A stretch of 38,916 bases of DNA from a virus. The DNA lies in IMG/VR virus record IMGVR_UViG_3300045988_113856. One strand, 5' to 3'. The translations under genes and the position numbers were made by a program. Position 1 is the stretch's first letter; every line of letters starts with the position of its first letter. Of this stretch, positions 1-6,463 are shown in pieces. The notes under the pieces are model-generated. The model searched no databases, had not been told where the DNA came from, and was given only the letters and a program-made list of their open reading frames with translations.

Positions 1-99
1 CAAGTTCCCAGCAGCCAGCATTGCTTTCTATGGCGATGATGACGAAGAGCCGCTGATGAATGCTTACGTCAACGGCTACACCGTGGCAAAGGAGAAGAA
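1..99. repeat. Terminal overlap, identical to 38818-38916
   Basis: Base-by-base identity of caagttcccagcagcc...ggagaagaa at both ends. Confidence 0.95.
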
Positions 100-313
100 G
101 TATCTTCTACCCATGGACGGAACACTGGAAGAGGGTGATGACAACGACAATTTTCAGCTATATGCGTATTGTTACAAAGGGCGATGGCTGGTAGATGAAG
201 TCGAGACAGACCCATCATACAAACACCAGACAGTTACCCAGAAAGAATTAGAGACCGCACCAGCATGGGTAAAGGCAATTAAGCCTTTGGAGGTGGATGA
301 CGATGACGACTAA
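2..313 (+). CDS. C-terminal part of a DUF1642-like early protein (continuation of 38582..38916)
   Basis: Same frame across the circular junction (56 minus (38582-38817) = 291, a multiple of 3). Acidic tail EVDDDDD. Confidence 0.6.
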   Translation, partial: KFPAASIAFYGDDDEEPLMNAYVNGYTVAKEKKYLLPMDGTLEEGDDNDNFQLYAYCYKGRWLVDEVETDPSYKHQTVTQKELETAPAWVKAIKPLEVDDDDD

Positions 314-479
314 AGCTGACATAGACGCGGCGCAAAAGGCTATCGATGCCGCGAATAATGCAATTGGCAAGCTTGATCTGTGTGGCCTGTATGATTGCGC
401 GTGGCAAGCAAACAACAATTATCAACGCATCATTGATTACAACAGGGAACAGTTGGAGGTGACTGACGATGAGCAATGA
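297..479 (+). CDS. Small acidic hypothetical protein (about 58-60 aa)
   Basis: ORF with GGAGGTGG just upstream (ATG at 297 or 303). Overlaps the stop of the upstream gene, consistent with translational coupling. Confidence 0.5.
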   Translation: MTMTTKADIDAAQKAIDAANNAIGKLDLCGLYDCAWQANNNYQRIIDYNREQLEVTDDEQ

Positions 480-533
480 AACGAAGCGGGAAGTGTTCGA
501 TGCAATTGCATGTGTGCTAGTGGAGGAAAATAA

Positions 534-755
534 ATGAAATCAAAAAGTAATCGCGTGTTTCAAAATAATGTTCGCAAGAATATCAGCGATAATCACATGC
601 TACAGAAGGATTACGCAAAAAGCATCGGCATTACGACACGTCAACTGGCGCATCTGCTTCAAGACAACAACGTTAGCTTGGCAAAACTTGATGACTTCGC
701 TGAACGCGTTGGGATTGACCCATGGGATCTCATTCGGCCTTCTGAAAGCAAATAA
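534..755 (+). CDS. XRE-family helix-turn-helix DNA-binding protein (73 aa)
   Basis: HTH core QKDYAKSIGITTRQLAHLLQDNN. RBS GGAGGAAAATAA precedes the ATG. Confidence 0.7.
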   Translation: MKSKSNRVFQNNVRKNISDNHMLQKDYAKSIGITTRQLAHLLQDNNVSLAKLDDFAERVGIDPWDLIRPSESK

Positions 756-885
756 AAAAGCGCGCCTAATGAGGGACGCGCCGGAGGCCAAACGTACGAT
801 TGAGAGTGAATGAAATCAAAGATTAGGAGTTGGCCTCCAATGACAGTATAGCAAACGCACATGTTGAACGCACGTTTAAGGCATC

Positions 886-912
886 AAAAAAGCGCACCAC
901 GAAGGCACGCTT
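886..912 (-). terminator. A-tract + hairpin on the plus strand, reading as an intrinsic terminator on the minus strand
   Basis: aaaaaagcg..cgctt: 5+2 bp interrupted stem. On the minus strand it is followed by T6. No minus-strand gene is evident upstream of it. Confidence 0.3.
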
Positions 913-963
913 ATCCCCAAAACTTTTACAAATTTAATTATACCATAAGGGGTGGCGCTTGTG

Positions 964-1392
964 ATGGAGCTTTTATCAATTAGCGATGAAAAGGATCGGG
1001 AAGCAGTCGAAAATATCCTAAATAAATACCGAGCAGAGCGTGGATTCATAAAGGCGCCAGTCAATCCAAAGATCACTAGTGCATGGGGAGACGGAACTTC
1101 TGCCAGCACTGTTCAGCGTCCGCTGTATGCACAGCAGCGTTTGGAAAGACAAGAATCGGCACGTAAGTTCTGTGAATGGTGCGACAGTTGTATTGCATCA
1201 ATGCCGAAACAATCACATCAGCGTTTATTAAGGGTGCGCTATTGCGATGGGCCAGAAACAGATACGCCAGACGGTGATGCAATGAATATTCTCGATATAT
1301 CTGCAGCAACCTACACACGCAGAAAGAAAAATGCGTTGTTAGCAGCGGCCTGGTACTTTGGCGTCACACCCAGAAAAAGTAGTGAGCAATAA
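964..1392 (+). CDS. arpU: ArpU-family late-gene transcriptional regulator
   Basis: About 142 aa, in the typical position just before the packaging genes. N-terminal pattern ..EAVENILNKYRA.. and C-terminal ..ATYTRRKKNALLAAAWYFG.. resemble the ArpU family. RBS AAGGGGTGG lies 8 nt before ATG 964. Confidence 0.65.
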   Translation: MELLSISDEKDREAVENILNKYRAERGFIKAPVNPKITSAWGDGTSASTVQRPLYAQQRLERQESARKFCEWCDSCIASMPKQSHQRLLRVRYCDGPETDTPDGDAMNILDISAATYTRRKKNALLAAAWYFGVTPRKSSEQ

Positions 1393-1550
1393 ATGATCGA
1401 TGAATGAGGACTATTTGAGGACTAATTGATTGATAAATGAGTGGCGAACTAAAAACGGAATCCCTTATGATTGTATTGTGCCAAAGGTGAGAAACCTGAG
1501 ACACCGCATTTTTCCTCCGAGCCTCAGTGATGATAAAGCTGTGGCAAGGC

Positions 1551-1605
1551 GTGGCAATGAGGACTGGCTGAGATAGTCAGGCGGGTTCGATTCCTGCATG
1601 CCACA
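1551..1605 (+). ncRNA. tRNA-like minihelix / tRNA 3'-half relic (not a canonical tRNA)
   Basis: Canonical T-arm GCGGG-TTCGATT-CCTGC (1581-1597). Acceptor 3' strand ATGCCAC (1598-1604) pairs 6/7 with GTGGCAA (1551-1557 or 1541-1547). Anticodon-like stem GACTG/TAGTC has the 7-nt loop GCTGAGA. No D-arm and only a 2-nt variable region. Confidence 0.3.
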
Positions 1606-1700
1606 TTGTCCAGTTTAGCGACCGGACACAGCTTGCGATGACCCTAGCTGACAATGGGCGAGCGAGCAGCAGACATGAAGCACAGATATCACCTCAATGT

Positions 1701-1733
1701 AGTATTCCAGTTTACGCTGGGGTACTATTTTTG
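1701..1733 (+). terminator. Intrinsic terminator/attenuator directly upstream of the RBS of ORF 1748
   Basis: agtattccag/ctggggtact 10-bp stem (2 G-U pairs), loop tttacg, then ATTTTT. The SD GAGGTG and the ATG follow within 15 nt. Confidence 0.55.
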
Positions 1734-1747
1734 TGAGGTGATACGAA

Positions 1748-2608
1748 ATGGACAAGAAAGCGGAAATTCGGGCCATGATTGAGCATCCAGAATATCTTTT
1801 GCATGCTGAGAAAATGAGCTTGGATAAGAGAATAGAGCAGAAAAAGCTTGATAGTAAGGATGTGAGGTCAGCAGTGGTCGATACTGCCAAGTCGAAAGGA
1901 AAGCAGCTGGCGGTAGACGTCTTAAACGGCAAATGGGGAGATCTGATCCTTGATCTTGTGGATACGGGGGATCATTTAAAAGACCGTTTGGATGACATGA
2001 AGAAGACTTTGCTTTTGGCAGAATATCTACAAAAGACCGATGATCAAGAGCAGGGCCTTCACAGGTTGAGTTCTCTCCTCACAAATCCGTACGGACTGAG
2101 TATCTATTCGAAAATAGTCTCCCTACTGTCAGATGCTCCATCAGATGATGATATGTTGGATATTATGTCTGATTATCTGGGTAATCTTGCAAATGAAAAA
2201 GATTGGGGAAGCACTTTTTCTAAGAACAAGAGCATTTTGAATTTAATAGACAGAAGTTCTCCGCTAGCTCTAACTCTGCTTCGGAATTCAGACCATTGGC
2301 CGTTAGTTCCAGGACCAAAAGCATTCATTGCTGTAGATGGTAGAGTGCAGGGAGACAATACTGGATGGGTAGCAACCGCATTTAGCAAAGTGCCAGTTTT
2401 TTCTAACATTGAGAAGACAAGCATCCAGATGGCAATCGTTGATTTAGAATCAAATAAGTTAGCTGAATTTATTTCGGGAACGCTGAATCCACCATACGCT
2501 AATCCCAATAATCCTTCAGAGTTAATTTATGCTGAACGTCCGACCGATGCTGGGAATATGCTTAAGGCAGCCGTTTCGAAATCTAGTGCTACAAACCAAG
2601 AGAGCTAA
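1748..2608 (+). CDS. Hypothetical protein, weak Abi-alpha (DUF4393)-like resemblance; moron candidate
   Basis: 286-aa ORF with RBS GAGGTGA. The segment SDAPSDDDMLDIMSDYLGNLANE...ILNLIDRSSPLALTLL resembles the acidic-...W/YxNLLAN...LSPxEAxLL core of Abi_alpha. Flanked by 355-bp and 540-bp noncoding regions. Confidence 0.7.
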   Translation: MDKKAEIRAMIEHPEYLLHAEKMSLDKRIEQKKLDSKDVRSAVVDTAKSKGKQLAVDVLNGKWGDLILDLVDTGDHLKDRLDDMKKTLLLAEYLQKTDDQEQGLHRLSSLLTNPYGLSIYSKIVSLLSDAPSDDDMLDIMSDYLGNLANEKDWGSTFSKNKSILNLIDRSSPLALTLLRNSDHWPLVPGPKAFIAVDGRVQGDNTGWVATAFSKVPVFSNIEKTSIQMAIVDLESNKLAEFISGTLNPPYANPNNPSELIYAERPTDAGNMLKAAVSKSSATNQES

Positions 2609-2640
2609 TATGACGCTTTGGCATCTTTTTATTTACTAAA

Positions 2641-2671
2641 GCACTCCGCCAAACGGTGAGGTGCTATTTTT
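2641..2671 (+). terminator. Intrinsic terminator of ORF 1748-2608
   Basis: gcactccgcc/ggtgaggtgc 10-bp stem (1 mismatch, 2 G-U), loop aaac, then TATTTTT. Confidence 0.65.
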
Positions 2672-2673
2672 GT

Positions 2674-3121
2674 GCAACAAAAAGGCCCTCTGAGCGATTA
2701 ACTGAGGGCCTAGCTACCGGTGTTTACTGAGGTGAAACAACGGTACCGAAAAAGAGTATAACACATGTAGCAATAAATCGGATTAAAAAAGCCCTCAGAG
2801 ACCAGTCCAAGGGCCAAAAGAATGAAAAAACGGAATACTTGTGTGAGCAGCAGCGGTTGACTTGGAGGAGAAAGGCCACTGCTCACATATATATATTAGC
2901 ACATTCCTTATAGAAGATACTAAAATAGCCCTCGGTTGGGGGCCGAGAGCCTAAAGAAAGGGTATTACAAAGGAGTGAAAATGAGTATCTGTTGGGAACA
3001 ATTTAATTCTAACTCATCGAAATTTTTTAAGCAACAAAAAAGCTTTCGGGGCCTAATCCGAGGGCTTAAGAACTCGGGAAGTTCTTCATGAGAATGTGAG
3101 CAGCGTCATCAAACTGCTCAC
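2674..3121. repeat. Array of related hairpins in a 540-bp noncoding gap
   Basis: A-tract-preceded GC hairpins at 2683-2711, 2791-2814 (weak), 2928-2950 and 3041-3066. Two hairpins share identical arms GTGAGCAG/CTGCTCAC (2843-2886 and 3096-3121). The motif gcaacaaaaaRg occurs at 2674 and 3031. Confidence 0.6.
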
Positions 3122-3148
3122 GGACATTATATTTTCGGAGGCGAGTAG

Positions 3149-4297
3149 ATGCAATGGACAGATGAACAGATCGGTGACATTAGGAAGCTCGCCTCTGAAG
3201 GCTTTACTAGACGAGAAACGGCCGACAAGCTCGGAATTAGCTACGACGCGCTTCAAGGTAAAGCAAGACGGCTTGGCATCGAGTTCCAAAAGCCATTGAA
3301 GAATGAATACGATTCAGACGGCACACAGTCCAGTGAAACCATTCTAAAGGTTGTCAGGGGTCACAAAATGACGCCTAGAGAGGTTCTGGAAGCTCACGGG
3401 TACGATTACACCAAATGGGAGCTTGTACGTGCCACAAGCAACTTCTGGAAGCAGACACCTGAAGCAACGCTCTTCCAGAGCAAGATACAAATTAGGCCGC
3501 TAGTCGAATCAGAACAATACGAATCATTAATGAATGACATCATCACACACAAGGAGCCATACCAAGCTAAGGCTCCTATTTTTGTGGAATCAGATCGCTA
3601 TTTGGTCATTCCGGCATTTGATACACATTTCAACGGTCACACGTTCGACATCTATGCTGAATCGCTTAAACGGCAACTAGAGATCATTCAACGCGGCCAC
3701 TACGCCAAAATATTGCTCATTCTGGGCGGTGATCTGGCTCATGTGGATAACATCAACTCGACCACAGCAAAGGGTACACAGCTCGAAACAACCGATCTGG
3801 GCGAGACTGTGAACGAAATGGAGCAATACTTCGAGACACTGATTGAAGCAATCATTAAGAACGCCAATGAGTGTGAGGTCATGTATGCGCCAGGTAACCA
3901 CGACCCGTCAGTTGGATATATGTTTGCACGTCTATTGAAACGTGCCTACAGCAACCAGTCGAACATCACTTGGGATATATCACTGAAGCATTACAAAGGC
4001 ACAATGTTAGGCCATAACTTCATTGGCGCCACTCATGGTGATAAAGGTAAGAACAACTACCTTGCAAAATATCTTGATGAGTTCGGCTTCATGTTAGGCA
4101 CAGCGCAGAATCGCGAACTGTTCACGGGGCATCTCCATTCAGAGATGAGCAAAGACCTAGGCGGATTCGTTCAGCGTCAAGTATCAACGCGGAAACCTAC
4201 GGATAAGTGGACAGATGATATTGGCGTGGTTGCTCACAAAACGTTTGAGCTGGTCGAATACAGCGATCATGATACGAGGGCGATCTACTATGTCTAA
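3149..4297 (+). CDS. GcrA-like HTH domain fused to a calcineurin-like metallophosphoesterase
   Basis: N-terminus MQWTDEQIGDIRKLASEGFTRRETADKLGISYDALQGKARRLGI matches the GcrA N-terminal pattern. All five MPE motifs are present: AFDTH, GGDLAHVD, GNHD, GATHGD, GHLH. RBS GGAGGCGAGTAG. Confidence 0.85.
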   Translation: MQWTDEQIGDIRKLASEGFTRRETADKLGISYDALQGKARRLGIEFQKPLKNEYDSDGTQSSETILKVVRGHKMTPREVLEAHGYDYTKWELVRATSNFWKQTPEATLFQSKIQIRPLVESEQYESLMNDIITHKEPYQAKAPIFVESDRYLVIPAFDTHFNGHTFDIYAESLKRQLEIIQRGHYAKILLILGGDLAHVDNINSTTAKGTQLETTDLGETVNEMEQYFETLIEAIIKNANECEVMYAPGNHDPSVGYMFARLLKRAYSNQSNITWDISLKHYKGTMLGHNFIGATHGDKGKNNYLAKYLDEFGFMLGTAQNRELFTGHLHSEMSKDLGGFVQRQVSTRKPTDKWTDDIGVVAHKTFELVEYSDHDTRAIYYV

Positions 4298-4613
4298 TGG
4301 AATGAAGCGAGTCGGTTACGGATATGTAAGCCACACAGAGCAAGCAATCATTGAGAAGCTATCGAGAGAAGAGAAACACATGAACGCAATTATCTACACA
4401 AAGCCGCACTGTCAAAAGTGTCGGCGAACAGTATTCAAGCTGTCACGTGTCATGTCAGTGCAAACCATCACAGCAGACGCGGACGACTACGAGCGGTTCC
4501 GCAAGCTGGGATATCGATCAATGCCAGTCGTAACAGTTTACAAGGCAGACGGCACACATGATGAATGGTGCGACTTGCGGGTTGACAAGATCAAACAATA
4601 TACGGAAGGCTAA
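4290..4613 (+). CDS. nrdH: NrdH-like glutaredoxin (CxxC redoxin); alternative start at 4380
   Basis: AIIYTKPHCQKC ... LGYRSMPVV ... W.DLRVDKIKQ follows the NrdH pattern. From ATG 4380 the product is 77 aa, typical for NrdH. ATG 4290 overlaps the upstream stop. Confidence 0.75.
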   Translation: MSNGMKRVGYGYVSHTEQAIIEKLSREEKHMNAIIYTKPHCQKCRRTVFKLSRVMSVQTITADADDYERFRKLGYRSMPVVTVYKADGTHDEWCDLRVDKIKQYTEG

Positions 4614-4649
4614 GAGCTTGTACAAATGCGGGAGGTGTGGTGATATGTA

Positions 4650-5222
4650 ATGCGACTGACAGCAAAACAGAAGAAGTTCGTTGACTCTTATATTGCTGAT
4701 AGCAATGCTACCAAAGCGGCACTAGAAGCAGGATACAGCAAAAGAACGGCTAGGTTTGTCGGTGCAGAAAACCTAACAAAACCTAACATTAAAGCTGCCA
4801 TCGATGAACGCATGAAACGCATCGAGTCTGACAAGATTGCCAAGGCTGCTGAGGTACTTAAATACTTCACCACAGTACTTCGTGGAGAGGCAAAAGAGAC
4901 AATTATAGTTAGCACTCCGGATGGCGCAGAGTCTGTTGAAAACAAGCCAAGCATCAAAGACCGCATGGCAGCAGGACGCGAATTGTTAAAACGTTACCCT
5001 AGTAATGATGAGCTGCTCAATGCTCAGCTAACGAAGATTATTACTGATATTGAGAAAACTAAGGCCGATGTTCGCAAGTCCAAAGCTGAGGCTGACATCA
5101 TGGAAGCAAAAGCTAGCGCTTACCGCACTCCAGAAGGCCAATGTGGAGGACTGAACAAGCTTTTGACAGCAATTGATGAGAGTATCCCAAAGGGTGGCGA
5201 TGTCAATGACAACTCCGATTGA
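4650..5222 (+). CDS. terS: Terminase small subunit (Terminase_2 type)
   Basis: MRLTAKQKKFVDSYI...NATKAALEAGYSKRTARFVGAENLTKPNIKAAIDERM is the classic TerS N-terminus. Confidence 0.9.
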   Translation: MRLTAKQKKFVDSYIADSNATKAALEAGYSKRTARFVGAENLTKPNIKAAIDERMKRIESDKIAKAAEVLKYFTTVLRGEAKETIIVSTPDGAESVENKPSIKDRMAAGRELLKRYPSNDELLNAQLTKIITDIEKTKADVRKSKAEADIMEAKASAYRTPEGQCGGLNKLLTAIDESIPKGGDVNDNSD

Positions 5223-6459
5223 TCAATTCAAAGGGAAACAGTTAGACATCATCAACTGGTGGCGCCGCTATCCAGACAAGCAGACAATCATTGCTGATGG
5301 TGCTGTGCGTTCTGGAAAGACGTTTGCGATGTCGATCAGTTATGTTCTGTGGAGCATGATTGTGTTTGACCGCGAGCAATTTGGCATTGCCGGCAAAACC
5401 ATTGGATCATTGCGTCGAAATGTTATCAGGCCACTCAAACAAACATTGCAACAAGTGGGGTTCTCAGTCGTGGATCGGCGTTCAGAAAATATGCTGGAAA
5501 TCAGCCTTGATGGAAGAACCAACCTATACTACTTATTCGGTGGTAAAGATGAAAGCAGCCAAGATCTGATTCAAGGGATCACACTTGCCGGAATGTTCTT
5601 TGATGAAGCAGCTCTCATGCCACAGTCGTTTGTCAATCAAGCGACAGCGCGTGTTTCCGTTACTGGCGGCAAATACTGGTTCAATATGAACCCAGAGGGC
5701 CCGTATCACTGGTTCAAGACTGATTGGATTGATCAAGCGGACGAAAAACGCGCATTGCGTCTCCATTTCGTGATGACGGACAACCCAAGCCTGAGCAATG
5801 AAGTTATTGACAGGTACGAACATATGTACTCTGGAGTGTTCTACCAGCGATACATTCTGGGACAATGGGTTCTGGCTGATGGGATTGTCTACGACAACTT
5901 CAATAAAGACGAGATGGTCAGCAATCCAAGCCAGCAGCCAAGCCGATACTATGTCAGTGTGGACTATGGTACACAGAACCCCACAGTTTTCTTACTTTGG
6001 GGTAAATGTGGGTCTGTTTGGTATTGCCTCAAAGAGTACTACTACGATGGACGGCATAGCAGCAGACAGAAGACAGATGATGAATACGCTCGGGATTTCA
6101 GCCAATTTGTCGGTGACATACGCTGTGAAGTGATTGTTGATCCATCAGCGGCTTCATTTATTGCCAAACTGAGAGAACGCCGGTATCGAGTTATTAAAGC
6201 TGATAACGATGTGCTAAACGGCATTAGAGAAACGCAAACAGCTATGAACTATGGCGAGATCAAGTTCACACCTGGGCTGACTAATCTGTTCAAGGAGTTC
6301 GCGTCTTATGTGTGGGATGACAAGGCCAGTCAAAAGGGTGAAGACAAAGTGGTTAAGGCACATGACCACGCAATGGACGCCATGAGATATTTTGTCATGC
6401 AGGTAATCAAACGAAGAAATACAGCTCGCACGTTCAAGAACACAAGCAAATACTTCTAA
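5200..6459 (+). CDS. terL: Terminase large subunit (PBSX/Terminase_3 type, headful packaging)
   Basis: Walker A GAVRSGKT and C-terminal nuclease region. Start chosen at ATG 5200 after AAGGGTGG. The longer 5173 start overlaps terS. Confidence 0.9.
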   Translation: MSMTTPIDQFKGKQLDIINWWRRYPDKQTIIADGAVRSGKTFAMSISYVLWSMIVFDREQFGIAGKTIGSLRRNVIRPLKQTLQQVGFSVVDRRSENMLEISLDGRTNLYYLFGGKDESSQDLIQGITLAGMFFDEAALMPQSFVNQATARVSVTGGKYWFNMNPEGPYHWFKTDWIDQADEKRALRLHFVMTDNPSLSNEVIDRYEHMYSGVFYQRYILGQWVLADGIVYDNFNKDEMVSNPSQQPSRYYVSVDYGTQNPTVFLLWGKCGSVWYCLKEYYYDGRHSSRQKTDDEYARDFSQFVGDIRCEVIVDPSAASFIAKLRERRYRVIKADNDVLNGIRETQTAMNYGEIKFTPGLTNLFKEFASYVWDDKASQKGEDKVVKAHDHAMDAMRYFVMQVIKRRNTARTFKNTSKYF

Positions 6460-6463
6460 GGAG

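Noticed and set aside
469-537. 22-codon ORF (MSNETKREVFDAIACVLVEENK) bridging 297-479 and 534-755 with start/stop overlaps
   Set aside because: It is plausibly translationally coupled but too short to support. It is mentioned only in the acr-aca-like finding.
756-800. Terminator after the XRE gene (aaaaaagcgcgcc...gacgcgccgg)
   Set aside because: The GC-rich segments are direct rather than inverted repeats. Only a 5-bp gcgcg/cgcgc pairing is possible, and no U-tract follows.
876-1109. 77-aa minus-strand ORF antisense to arpU
   Set aside because: It overlaps the arpU start region and has no RBS. The only supporting element is the reverse-oriented hairpin at 886-912, which lies inside the ORF itself rather than after it.
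1541-1605. Possible bona fide tRNA gene
   Set aside because: Only the T-arm and acceptor strand are canonical. There is no D-arm, the variable region is 2 nt, position 33 of the putative anticodon loop is C rather than U, there is an A-A mismatch at the base of the acceptor stem, and no CCA is encoded. It is kept only as a tRNA-like element or relic.
2981-3091. 36-codon ORF (MSICWEQFNSNSSKFFKQQKSFRGLIRGLKNSGSSS) with RBS AAAGGAG inside the hairpin array
   Set aside because: It is very short and low-complexity, and it runs through hairpins that look like the primary feature. Translation cannot be supported from sequence alone, although it might be a leader peptide.
4215-4289. Long N-terminal extensions given by the ORF track for several genes (4215, 5173, 11152, 22716, 33828, 36383, 36585, 37193)
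   Set aside because: Each extension overlaps the preceding gene in another frame and lacks an RBS, while an internal ATG with a good SD matches the expected family length.
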